NCBI GenBank assembly: GCA_963693055.1
Contig: OY843751.1
Coordinates: 5,760,001 to 5,824,000 of the forward strand
Reading direction: 5' to 3'
DNA: 64,000 nt
DNA from: a bacterium
GTDB taxonomy: Bacteria > Zhuqueibacterota > Zhuqueibacteria > Residuimicrobiales > Krinioviventaceae
A program made the position numbers and the translations under genes. The notes under the pieces are model-generated. The model saw only the letters and a program-made list of their open reading frames with translations, did no database searches and had not been told where the DNA came from. Below are positions 1 to 9,466 of this stretch, one piece after another (the stretch's first letter is position 1; each line of letters starts with the position of its first letter).

Positions 1-567
1 AAGCGACCACGCAATAGATACATACAGATCCATATCAGCAAGCGCACTTTGCAATTCAGGACCGGGATGCTGTTCAACCAGGTCTGGAATGGCATTATAC
101 ATATTTTCAAGAAGCGTTCCCAATAAAGGATTTAATAGTTGGTACTCGAGGCTCTTTAAAATATTGTCATAAGCTGTATGAATAGCGTAAAGAATAGCAT
201 CCGTGGAAAGAAATACCGGCAGGTCCTTATTATAGATATCTAAAAACATATCACCCTGTGACTCAAAACGCAGCCTTTCCGTTACCACAAAATGATTGTC
301 ATTTAATAATTCCAGTTCATCATCAGTTAGTTCATATTTAGCAATAACCGAATCCATGAACAATGCTGATGAGGCAGGCTGTTTGCCTCCCAGATCACTA
401 TAATAAGTAGAAGGAGACGGATACGTATCTAACAATTCCCTGGCAGACATATTTACATTATCAGACAAATACTGTTCATAGGCCTGAATATCAAAATCAT
501 CCTGAGCAAAGCAAGCTATAGAAAAAATGATACCCCAAATCAATACAACAATTGATTTATAATTCAT
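1..567 (-). CDS. DUF3160-family secreted protein, 5' part (runs off window); paralog of 717..3290
   Basis: Not in the ORF track; my translation from ATG 567 (SD-like GAGGGG upstream) gives MNYKSIVVLIWGIIFSIACFAQDDFDIQAYEQYLSDNVNMS...NHFVVTERL...DIYNKDLPVFLSTDAILYAIHTAYD, collinear with the N-terminus of the 857-aa neighbour. Confidence 0.85.
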   Translation of the reverse strand, partial: MNYKSIVVLIWGIIFSIACFAQDDFDIQAYEQYLSDNVNMSARELLDTYPSPSTYYSDLGGKQPASSALFMDSVIAKYELTDDELELLNDNHFVVTERLRFESQGDMFLDIYNKDLPVFLSTDAILYAIHTAYDNILKSLEYQLLNPLLGTLLENMYNAIPDLVEQHPGPELQSALADMDLYVSIAWSL

Positions 568-650
568 GAATCACCCCTCTGGTTTTATAAAAAAAACAAT
601 ACACCCTGATTAAAATTAGGTAATAAAAAAAGATAATGCAATATAAAATT

Positions 651-685
651 AAAAAAAGGAACCCCGGGGAAGGGTTCCTTTTTTT
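651..685. terminator. Intrinsic terminator after the 857-aa DUF3160 gene (symmetric A/T flanks)
   Basis: aaaaaaaggaaccc-N7-gggttccttttttt perfect inverted repeat. Confidence 0.75.
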
Positions 686-716
686 GGGCCAAGGGACAGC
701 TTGGAAGGGAGGGTAT

Positions 717-3290
717 TTATTTCAAAAGTGTCATTTTTTTGGTAGAAGTAAAGTTACCTGACACGATTTTGTAAAAGTATATTCCGCTGGCAAAGTTCTC
801 TGAATTCCACACTACCTGATATCTACCTGCGGTTTTATTGCCATTAACCAGAACCTGTATTTCTCGTCCCAGCAGATCGTACACAGACAGCTTTACATGA
901 CCACCTGCGGCAATCGAATAGTGTATTGTTGTTTGCGGGTTGAACGGGTTTGGGTAATTATCTTCAAGGCTAAATTGCATTGGTACTGCCTCCTGCTCAT
1001 TACCAATATCCGTCAGCACTACAGCCGGAAGCTCTCGCCCCTGCTGCATTGCATTTCCGGATTCATCAGCCAGGAAAATATTTACCCAGTCGGGTCGGTC
1101 CGGCACATTACCAGTTTCTACCGATTCTTTCCACTCTTCGTCAGTCAATCGCTTAAAATCTTTGGTAATTTGCTGATAATACGACATGACCGGCCCCACA
1201 AAGATCATTGTTTCGTATTCATTCGTAGGACAAGGTGCAGCAAAGAAACCAAGCTGAAACTTGCCTACTGAAACATGCAACACATGACCCACGGGCGCTC
1301 CCCCTTGATCGGTGGGTTGTGTGTGCACATCGGCAATAACATGGTCAATTAATGCCGGATCTTCCCGTTCGTAATACAAATCTGCATACCAACCGGTAAA
1401 CGGTGGTTGCCCGCTTCCGCCCCCTACAAACAACATGGATTGCAAGAATTCAATATCATTGTCATTAAACGCTTCATTGTTCAATTCTTTTAATGAAAGC
1501 GATTCTAATTTTACTATATTATTTCCCAGTCTTTCAAAATAGTCTAAAATATTGGGCATTATATAACTGTCTTGAGAATATCCTTCAAAAAAGGCTGCTG
1601 CCTTGTCTGCAAACAACTGAATGCCCCTGTAAAACTCGGGATACGGTTCAACAAATGAATGTGGAAAAGAACATCCTGTTGCACCGGTATAAGATTGCTT
1701 TGCATATAATAAATTATCGTGACGTAACTGCGCCCATGATGCCAGCTGCGTATTCAGCTTTAACTGATGCCATGCTGCTGACTTCATAAACTCGGGATAT
1801 GTTTCAAGATCCTGAGTAGGATTTATGGTTCGTATGGTGTTCAGCCAGACATTATATAATGATTTTTCCCAATAAGAGGCGTCATAACTTTCAACCAGAT
1901 ATCTCAAACTTGCCAAGTTCTGTGCATAGTTGTATGTTTCCAACTCTTCTTTTAAAAGGGGCAGGGTATTATCATTGCCCAGTACAAACATTGCATCCAG
2001 AGGGGAAGGTAATGGGCGCCATACCTTGGCCCCATTGAAAACAATGCGGTCAAAGACAACGTTACCAAGTACATAGGAATCAATAATAAACCTCTGCCCC
2101 ATCAATCTATAGGATACCGGTAATACACCGGGCTCGTCACTGTAGGGATCCATCATCATGATAGATGATAAAATTTTCTGTCCATATTCATCAGAACCTA
2201 ACAACTTTTCCTGAAACGCAGCCAGACTTGCACTATCCGCCAGGGATTCAACGGTAATATTGTTATCGTAACATACCTGGGCCAGTTCAGCAGGTGTCAT
2301 GTTATCACTTTCACCTACAAAAAAAGTGATAATCTTGTCTATCTCTTCCTGTTGCTCCCAAACATTTGCACTTTCCATCAATTCATTCATCAAGAGCGAT
2401 GCACGCGCCATACGCTGCACTTCATGCCATTCCCACTCTTTCTCAAAAGGATTCACTGGCGGTGGTGTCAGCCAAAAATCAATACGACCCAGCCACATCA
2501 TGGCCTTGAAATAGTCTTCCAGTGTTCTTGACTCTCCATCTTTCCAGTACGCTTTTGTATAGTGTCCACGTACTGTAAATTGACTAAAATCAATCTGGCG
2601 TGTTCTTTCCTCAAAAGTAAAAAGGGACATGGATGCCGGTTGTTCGGCTTGTATTGCCTGCCAAACATCATCAAAATTGTCTACAAAGTCAGACTGGGCT
2701 TGCTGGGCCTCCCCCCTTAATAATGAGAGGGCCATGGTAATATAAAGATCAACATCACCCAGCTCATTATCAAACCCTGCATTCGCATATTTGCTCAAAA
2801 GATCCGGCATCCGCTCATACATCTTTTCCAACTGGATAGCCAATGAAGGCTCCAGCAATTCAATTTCAAGGTCCATCAAAATTCTATCATATGAAGAATG
2901 CAACGCCTGCAAAATTGCATCTGTAGTAACAAAAACCGGCATATCTTTGATATAAATATCATGGAAAGCCTGGCCAATTGCACTAAAATCCAGACGCTCA
3001 GTTACCATAAAATGATTATTCATTAACAATTGTATTTCATCTGCTGTCAACTCGTATTTTTCTATCACCGAATCCAGATAGGCAGCAGATTCGATCGAAT
3101 GCTCTGTATTCAATTGTTTATAATATGTATTCTGTATGGGATATTCTGAAGACAATGCATCAACAGACATGTTTTCGGTAGATTTTAGATAATCCTGATA
3201 GGCATCAAAACTAAAATTTTCCTGACTCCACATTAGCGACGGAATAATAAAACATACAACAAGAACAATTTTCAATATATATATTTTCAT
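717..3290 (-). CDS. DUF3160-domain secreted protein with C-terminal T9SS type A-like (FlgD Ig-like) sorting domain
   Basis: Signal peptide; DUF3160 motifs FSQFTVRGHYT, YFKAMMWLGR, LASWAQLRHDNLLYAKQ, IADVHT, GPVMSYY; tail NYPNPFNPQTTIHY...VYDLLGREI...SGIYFY...KKMTLLK. Confidence 0.85.
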   Translation of the reverse strand: MKIYILKIVLVVCFIIPSLMWSQENFSFDAYQDYLKSTENMSVDALSSEYPIQNTYYKQLNTEHSIESAAYLDSVIEKYELTADEIQLLMNNHFMVTERLDFSAIGQAFHDIYIKDMPVFVTTDAILQALHSSYDRILMDLEIELLEPSLAIQLEKMYERMPDLLSKYANAGFDNELGDVDLYITMALSLLRGEAQQAQSDFVDNFDDVWQAIQAEQPASMSLFTFEERTRQIDFSQFTVRGHYTKAYWKDGESRTLEDYFKAMMWLGRIDFWLTPPPVNPFEKEWEWHEVQRMARASLLMNELMESANVWEQQEEIDKIITFFVGESDNMTPAELAQVCYDNNITVESLADSASLAAFQEKLLGSDEYGQKILSSIMMMDPYSDEPGVLPVSYRLMGQRFIIDSYVLGNVVFDRIVFNGAKVWRPLPSPLDAMFVLGNDNTLPLLKEELETYNYAQNLASLRYLVESYDASYWEKSLYNVWLNTIRTINPTQDLETYPEFMKSAAWHQLKLNTQLASWAQLRHDNLLYAKQSYTGATGCSFPHSFVEPYPEFYRGIQLFADKAAAFFEGYSQDSYIMPNILDYFERLGNNIVKLESLSLKELNNEAFNDNDIEFLQSMLFVGGGSGQPPFTGWYADLYYEREDPALIDHVIADVHTQPTDQGGAPVGHVLHVSVGKFQLGFFAAPCPTNEYETMIFVGPVMSYYQQITKDFKRLTDEEWKESVETGNVPDRPDWVNIFLADESGNAMQQGRELPAVVLTDIGNEQEAVPMQFSLEDNYPNPFNPQTTIHYSIAAGGHVKLSVYDLLGREIQVLVNGNKTAGRYQVVWNSENFASGIYFYKIVSGNFTSTKKMTLLK

Positions 3291-3330
3291 AATAACCCTC
3301 GCTATTTACTAGTAATACATCTTTTATACT

Positions 3331-3347
3331 ATCAAAATGCCTGCCAA
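3331..3347 (-). promoter_or_regulatory. Possible sigma54 (-24/-12) promoter of the DUF3160 gene
   Basis: Minus strand TTGGCAGGCATTTTGAT versus consensus YTGGCACGNNNNTTGCW; correct spacing, GA instead of GC at -12; about 40 bp upstream of the ATG. Confidence 0.35.
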
Positions 3348-3416
3348 AGATTTCAATAGCCACAAGAATCTATTTTTATTGCACTTGTAGGCACGCATGT
3401 TATATATAAAAACAAA

Positions 3417-3443
3417 ATCGGTACGAAAATTATTCGTACCGAT
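3417..3443 (-). terminator. Intrinsic terminator after the HDOD regulator
   Basis: atcggtacgaa-aatta-ttcgtaccgat 11-bp perfect stem, followed by TTTGTTTTT on the minus strand. Confidence 0.7.
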
Positions 3444-3474
3444 CACATATTTTGCGTATTTTTTAAAAAGGGAT

Positions 3475-4701
3475 TTATTTTAGGGCTTGGTAGTCGCGAT
3501 AGATTTGACTCACAACTTCATCAAAAATATCTTTAAAGGTATGTGCCATATGAAACTGGCCAAAGTTTAAACTGCTTCCATCTGCACCTTTTTCAACAGC
3601 ACAGATAATATCATTGGCAAGATGAGCCGCTTCCAATATGTTGGTAAATTTGCTGTCTTTTTTATCAATTTGATGATGGAACAAAGCTACCTCAATACAT
3701 ATGTCAGGCAGGTTCCACAAATCTAACAGATACGCACCAATTTCCGCATGGGTGCTTTCCGCGAATCCCAGTGACAATTCACATTCATAAAATGACAACT
3801 CGGGATTTCTCATCATACACGCAATAACCTCATCATATCGGTCTGGAAAATATTGCAATAAAACAATTTTACCAATATCATGAGTTATTCCCACGGATTT
3901 ATAATTAGAGTTTATGGACTCGTTATTCATCAATTTATAGAGATATTGCAGGTATTTATTAACAAAAGCAGAGTGTTTAATAATCTTTTGAAACTCTTCC
4001 ATCTGCTTTTCTGACAAGGGTCTATGATTGGCAAGCGAAACAGCCAAGACAATATCCCGCACAGCATCTACCCCTAAATACATAATTGCATGCTCCAGGG
4101 ATGCCGTACCCAGGTTCCCATAAAAAGCAGAATTGGTTACATGTAGCACCGCAGATGCAACAGAAGCATCCTTTTCAATAATTTGGGAAAAGTCCTGATA
4201 ATCTGCTCTGTTTTCTACTGCTTTCATAAATTCCTGGTACAATAAGGGCAAATGAGGCAGAGATTCAATACTGTTCATTAGAGTAGAAAGCTTTTTGCCG
4301 TGCAAAATCTTTCTGATATTTAAAATCCGATTCAACCCTTTACGGAGTTCCGTTGCATTGGCGTCTCGGGGCTTTGTAAAAGAAGAAACAGCAAGGCCAT
4401 CTGTCAACGCCTTGACAACAGCCGGCTGCTCAACAAATCCACCAAGTATAACTCGCAACACATCAGGGTGCTGGGATTTTATTTGCTTTAAAAAATCAAA
4501 AGATTCAGACTGAGCCAATTGATAATCATATATCACAAGATCAATCGCTTTTCTTCCCAGCATTTCCAATGATCCCTGCTTACTGTTGGTAAAAAAAGCA
4601 ATTTCTGACCGCTTGAAAGCATTATTCAGCAATCGGGTCAAGTCTACATCTTCAGAGATAAACAGGACGTTTCCGAGTTCCTGCTTGTTAATTTCGTTCA
4701 T
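3475..4701 (-). CDS. Receiver (REC)-HDOD domain signalling protein
   Basis: N-terminal degenerate REC (DLVIYDY, FTKP); HDOD motifs LPHLP, IIEKDASVASAVLHVTNSAFYG, HDIGK, HAEIGAYLLDLWNLP. Confidence 0.85.
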   Translation of the reverse strand: MNEINKQELGNVLFISEDVDLTRLLNNAFKRSEIAFFTNSKQGSLEMLGRKAIDLVIYDYQLAQSESFDFLKQIKSQHPDVLRVILGGFVEQPAVVKALTDGLAVSSFTKPRDANATELRKGLNRILNIRKILHGKKLSTLMNSIESLPHLPLLYQEFMKAVENRADYQDFSQIIEKDASVASAVLHVTNSAFYGNLGTASLEHAIMYLGVDAVRDIVLAVSLANHRPLSEKQMEEFQKIIKHSAFVNKYLQYLYKLMNNESINSNYKSVGITHDIGKIVLLQYFPDRYDEVIACMMRNPELSFYECELSLGFAESTHAEIGAYLLDLWNLPDICIEVALFHHQIDKKDSKFTNILEAAHLANDIICAVEKGADGSSLNFGQFHMAHTFKDIFDEVVSQIYRDYQALK

Positions 4702-4822
4702 ATATTATTCCTGAATAGCATATATTATAATATATCAATTTATTATAATTAATTTTTAAAATCAAATTATATCTTTTTAAAAAAACGAAAATTTTATCTA
4801 AACCTCTGACATAAATCAATAT

Positions 4823-6259
4823 TTAGACAACAATCAGACCGCTCAAGTTGCAACTATTGTTAATTAAAATAACCATGAAATGCAGCCAAAGCGCGCTTTC
4901 TGGCAAAACTATGATCAACAATCGGGCCAGAATATTCTGGTGTATGCACATTTGGCACTTGATAAAGGATATAGAAACCATTTTTCTGGCAAAACTATGA
5001 TCAACAATCGGGCCAGAATATTCTGGTGTATGCACATTTGGCACCCATTTTTTTATATATATAAAATCTTTGTCAAACTTTTGCTGCTGAGTGACAGGAT
5101 TAAATATACGGAAAAAGGGAGCGGCATCGCAACCCGTGCCCGCGGCCCATTGCCAGTTTCCATTATTGGCAGACAAGTCATAATCCAGTAATTTCTCTGC
5201 AAAATATCGTTCTCCTAAACGCCAATCCAATAACAGATGTTTGCTAAGGAATGAAGCGGTAACCATCCGGACACGGTTATGCATAAAACCCGTTTCGTTC
5301 AACTCGCGCATACCCGCATCCACCAGTGGATATCCGGTTTGCCCATTACACCAAAGTTCAAATGCTTCGGGATCGTTACGCCAGGGAAAGTTTTTATATT
5401 TCACCCGAAATGATTGGTTCTCAACATGTGGAAAGTGATATAAAATCATCATAAAAAACTCACGCCAAATCAATTCCGAAAGCCAGACATCATTTTCATG
5501 CATTGCAAGCTGTACCATCTCTCTGACACTGACGGTGCCAAAGCGCAAATGCAACCCCAGATGGGTTGTTCCATCTATAGCCGGAAAATCACGGGTACTG
5601 TGATAATTGCGAATAATTTGCTGACCCGGAACACTATCCGGAAAACGGGTATCTGTTGGCTCAAATCCGATCTCTTTTAAACCCGGCATTTTCGGGGTAT
5701 TTTCAAACCTGAAAAACTGATTTAAATCAGACATAGAGTCATTTGTTTCAAGGGCCAATGGCTGCAGTGTTTTTAACCACCTGTTTTTAAAAGGAGTAAA
5801 AACCGTATACGGATTACCATCCGGCTTGACAACCTCCTCTTTTTCAAAAACCACCTGATCTTTACAACTGTGAAACCCGATTCCCTGTGAATTACAGAGC
5901 TTTTCAATGATACGATCTCGTTCAATTGCATAGGGTTCATAATCGTGGTTTAAATATAGTGCTTTTGGCTTTAATGTACTGAGCAACTCTTTCCACACTG
6001 TTTCAGGCTCACCATGCCTGACAATCAAACCACTGCTGACATCAAAAAGTTGATTATGTAAGGATATTAATGTTGAATGAATAAACGCCACGCGTTTATC
6101 TTTTGGGTCTTTTAAAGGATCTAAAATAAGAGAATCAAAAATAAAAACGGGGATGATTTTGTATCCACTATTCAGGGCCTCAAACAGGCCTGCGTTGTCA
6201 TGCAAACGCAGGTCCCGTCTGAACCAAAATATTGCACATTCATGCGTATCCGGGTTCAT
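4823..6259 (-). CDS. phr: Deoxyribodipyrimidine (CPD) photolyase; C-terminus altered by an 86-bp insertion (native stop at 4860-4862)
   Basis: WFRRDLRLHDN, ELIWREF, GQTGYPLVDAGMREL, MHNRVRM, DYDLSANNGNWQW, FRIFNP. Confidence 0.92.
   Translation of the reverse strand: MNPDTHECAIFWFRRDLRLHDNAGLFEALNSGYKIIPVFIFDSLILDPLKDPKDKRVAFIHSTLISLHNQLFDVSSGLIVRHGEPETVWKELLSTLKPKALYLNHDYEPYAIERDRIIEKLCNSQGIGFHSCKDQVVFEKEEVVKPDGNPYTVFTPFKNRWLKTLQPLALETNDSMSDLNQFFRFENTPKMPGLKEIGFEPTDTRFPDSVPGQQIIRNYHSTRDFPAIDGTTHLGLHLRFGTVSVREMVQLAMHENDVWLSELIWREFFMMILYHFPHVENQSFRVKYKNFPWRNDPEAFELWCNGQTGYPLVDAGMRELNETGFMHNRVRMVTASFLSKHLLLDWRLGERYFAEKLLDYDLSANNGNWQWAAGTGCDAAPFFRIFNPVTQQQKFDKDFIYIKKWVPNVHTPEYSGPIVDHSFARKMVSISFIKCQMCIHQNILARLLIIVLPESALWLHFMVILINNSCNLSGLIVV
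4897..5044. repeat. Perfect 62-bp direct repeat (4897-4958 and 4983-5044) separated by 24 unique bp
   Basis: tttctggcaaaactatgatcaacaatcgggccagaatattctggtgtatgcacatttggcac occurs twice with an 86-bp period. Confidence 0.95.
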
Positions 6260-6836
6260 TTATATAACCGCGCTCCTTACCAACTCCATATAAATTCTTT
6301 TGCAGCATTCGTCTCGCTCTAAACAATCGTGACATGACTGTTCCCAGAGGGATTTCTGCTTTTTCCGCTATTTCCTTATATGTAAGGCCCTCAACATCAG
6401 CTAAAACAATAATTTCTCTGAAATTGTCTGACAATCGATCGAGTGCGCCATTAATCTCATCATCAAACAACTCACGGTATGTGTCTTGTTCAAACACATT
6501 GTTTGTAATTGACTCGTATCCGGGTCCCTCATCTTCAATGAAAAAAGAAACTTTTTCCAATTCAACCTGCTGTGGTGATCGTGATTTTTTGCGATACCGG
6601 TTGATAAAAGTATTTGTCATAATTCTGAATATCCAGGCTTTAAAATTGGTCCCTTCCTGAAATTTTTCAAAAAACCGATACGCGCGTAAATAAGTGTCTT
6701 GCACAAGGTCCTCTGCTTCAGCAGAATTTTTTGTTAAACGAAGTGCGGAGCTATAGAGTAAATCCATGTATTGCAGAGAAACATCTTCAAACTTGGTCCG
6801 CTTTTGTTCCGAAAGCGGAATTAAAACTTTACTCAT
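6240..6836 (-). CDS. ECF-type RNA polymerase sigma factor (SigH/SigR-like)
   Basis: Region 2 AEDLVQDTYLRAYRFF...GTNFKAWIFRIMTNTFIN; region 4 GLTYKEIAE...GTVMSRLFRAR. Confidence 0.92.
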   Translation of the reverse strand: MSKVLIPLSEQKRTKFEDVSLQYMDLLYSSALRLTKNSAEAEDLVQDTYLRAYRFFEKFQEGTNFKAWIFRIMTNTFINRYRKKSRSPQQVELEKVSFFIEDEGPGYESITNNVFEQDTYRELFDDEINGALDRLSDNFREIIVLADVEGLTYKEIAEKAEIPLGTVMSRLFRARRMLQKNLYGVGKERGYINEPGYA

Positions 6837-7047
6837 TTTGTGCCCCTTTCATTTGATTAATGTTAATATTAAACAAATGCTACTACAACATCAAGAATTC
6901 CATCTCCCCGAGTCTTCAATGCGTCATCACTTCCGAATTTCACTTGAAATTCCTGCATTATTTTTTTATTTTCCAATAGCTCTAATTATATTTAAACAAA
7001 CTGAAATAAAATAGCAAGTAAAAATCGCATTTTAAGTTAAATTTAAT

Positions 7048-9465
7048 ATGAAAATCATACCAAAACCCAGAATATTCTATAACAAAGAACATTACTATAT
7101 AAAACCTGATACTTTTACTGTTGGTTACAGCCCCATGTTCCAATTTCAGGCTGAACAATTGTCAAGTTTGCTTGGGAACACTAAAAAGCTGGAAACAATT
7201 AACTCGTCAGAAACAGATAAAAGACAATACAGCATTTTACTGTTAACTGCGGAAGAAAAAAATCTGAACTATTGCTCACCAGTCAGCAACATCGAGTTTT
7301 CACCGGCTCTCCACAATGAAGGTTATATTCTGGACATCCAAAAAGGCCAAATAATTCTTTTGGCAAAAAGTAATGCCGGCATGTTTTATGGAATTTCTTC
7401 GTTGCAGCAGATTTTTCAGCAGTACTCATCCTCTGATAAAATCCCAGGCGCCTTTATTCAAGACTGGCCATATTTCTCTATCCGCGGTGTTTCGGATGAC
7501 ATCAGCAGGGGACAGGTCTCCACTCTTGATAATTTTAAAATCATTCTTGACAGGCTGGCCCAATTCAAGATCAACATATATATGCCTTATCTGGAAGACA
7601 TGTTCCAGTTTAAATCCTTTCCACAAATCGGTAGTAATCGCGGCGCCCTCTCTGCAATAGAATGCCGCGAGTTGCAGGATTATGCAAAATCACTAAACAT
7701 TCAAATCATTCCGGTATTTCAAACCCTGGGACATTTTGAAAATATTCTAATCCAGCCCGAGTTTATAGAGCATGCAGAATACCCGGGTGCGTCTTCACTC
7801 AATGCGGTTTCACCCAAAACCTACGAATTTTTAGAAACCCTGCTGGATGAATTTTTACCGGTTTTCGATTCAGCATACATCAATATTGGGGCTGATGAAT
7901 CCTGGGATATTGGACACGGCGCCAGTCGGCAAAAAGCGGAAAAACATGGCAACGCCAAAGTTCATGCCGATCATTACCTCAAAGTCTTTGAGCTGGTAAA
8001 AAAACACAACAAACAGATCATGATGTATGGTGATATTATCTTAGATTATCCCGAAATTTTGCAACACATCCCCGATAACGTAACCATCGTGGACTGGCAT
8101 TACGATCTCCAATCCCCCTATACATCAACAGAGATATTTAAAAAAAGTGGTAAACCTTTTCTTGTTTCTCCCGGCACACAAAGCTGGAGCCGTATTTTCC
8201 CCGATCTCACACACGCCCGCACCAATATAGCCGGCATAATTAAAGATGGCCTGGAAAACAATACTATTGGCGTAATCAATTCAGCGTGGGGAGATTTTGG
8301 TGGCGGCAATATTCGGGAACTCAACACTTATCCCTTTGCTTATGGTGCTGAATTGTCATGGAACCCGGACAGTAATGATATTGCAGATTTTGAAGACCGC
8401 TTTTTCTACCAATTCTTGCACTGTGAGGACCCCGGCATTGCTTCGGTGTACCATATCCTTTCCACCTGTTCAGATTATTATGATCTGAACCATTTTTTTG
8501 GGCACCCATTTTATCCTGAACAAAGAGATAAACAGCATTTCCTTAAACGGGCCAATGAATTACCCTTGCTGGCTAAACAGGTGCAAAAAGAAATTGAACG
8601 ATTAAAAAATGAAACCAATATTTTAGCGTGCCATTTAGATATTCTTAATCTCTGCGCCCGCATGTACGAATGGGTTGGTATATTATACAATCTGCGAATT
8701 GATTTACAAAAATTGAAATTACAAATCCCCGGCAGAGAGCAAAAACTAGCTTTATCAGACAAAACAAACCTGCTGAATAAAAAACTAACAGCAATCAAAT
8801 TAGATTACAAAAACATCTGGCTCAGCTATAATAGAAAAGACAATTTGCATCGTATATTGACATTGATGGAGCGCGTTGAAAAAGAAATCGAGACCAAACA
8901 GCAGGAAATCATGCAAGGGAATGTGCAATTGAATGGAAAGCTGGAATCTCGATTTATCTCTTTTCCCTCCAAAGAAGAATCCATTCCCGGAGTTGTTCTC
9001 CAGAAAAGAATCCTTTTAGACAACCTGCCCAAAACAGCCTGGATCCAGATCATTGCGGAAACACATGCGGCTGTTTGGATTAATGGAATTCTGGTGGGCT
9101 TTGCTGTAGCTTCCAGAACATTGTCCGCAATTGTAGAAGCTGAACGTGTAAAATGGTGGCGCGTAGAACACTATATGCAAAAAGGCGAAAATATTATTAC
9201 CGTTCAGGTTAAACAATATAAAAAAGAAACAAAAGCCGCGGGAAACATCTGGCTTGAATGTGAGGACCCCGATCTCACCATCCAGTCAAACGAAAGTTGG
9301 AAAGCCGCTTTAACCCAACAAACAGATATTAACGAACTCCCTGTTGTTAACGACAACGAATGGCGGCCCGCAGAAGCTGTTTTCAATCCCTGGATTATTT
9401 CAAGGCCGTATTTCAAACACGGCCTTTCAAGTCGTATCGAGTTTTATCGTCAGTACCCGGTTTAG
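7048..9465 (+). CDS. Glycoside hydrolase family 20 (beta-N-acetylhexosaminidase-like) with C-terminal beta-sandwich; no signal peptide
   Basis: GH20 domain 2 (EGYIL...GMFYGISSLQQ), IQDWP..IRGVSDDISRG, FQTLGHFE, catalytic NIGADES (DE pair). Confidence 0.85.
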   Translation: MKIIPKPRIFYNKEHYYIKPDTFTVGYSPMFQFQAEQLSSLLGNTKKLETINSSETDKRQYSILLLTAEEKNLNYCSPVSNIEFSPALHNEGYILDIQKGQIILLAKSNAGMFYGISSLQQIFQQYSSSDKIPGAFIQDWPYFSIRGVSDDISRGQVSTLDNFKIILDRLAQFKINIYMPYLEDMFQFKSFPQIGSNRGALSAIECRELQDYAKSLNIQIIPVFQTLGHFENILIQPEFIEHAEYPGASSLNAVSPKTYEFLETLLDEFLPVFDSAYINIGADESWDIGHGASRQKAEKHGNAKVHADHYLKVFELVKKHNKQIMMYGDIILDYPEILQHIPDNVTIVDWHYDLQSPYTSTEIFKKSGKPFLVSPGTQSWSRIFPDLTHARTNIAGIIKDGLENNTIGVINSAWGDFGGGNIRELNTYPFAYGAELSWNPDSNDIADFEDRFFYQFLHCEDPGIASVYHILSTCSDYYDLNHFFGHPFYPEQRDKQHFLKRANELPLLAKQVQKEIERLKNETNILACHLDILNLCARMYEWVGILYNLRIDLQKLKLQIPGREQKLALSDKTNLLNKKLTAIKLDYKNIWLSYNRKDNLHRILTLMERVEKEIETKQQEIMQGNVQLNGKLESRFISFPSKEESIPGVVLQKRILLDNLPKTAWIQIIAETHAAVWINGILVGFAVASRTLSAIVEAERVKWWRVEHYMQKGENIITVQVKQYKKETKAAGNIWLECEDPDLTIQSNESWKAALTQQTDINELPVVNDNEWRPAEAVFNPWIISRPYFKHGLSSRIEFYRQYPV

Positions 9466-9466
9466 A

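Noticed and set aside
4897-5044. Repeat-spacer-repeat as a mini CRISPR array
   Set aside because: Repeat is 62 bp, occurs only twice, is photolyase coding sequence, and no cas genes are present.
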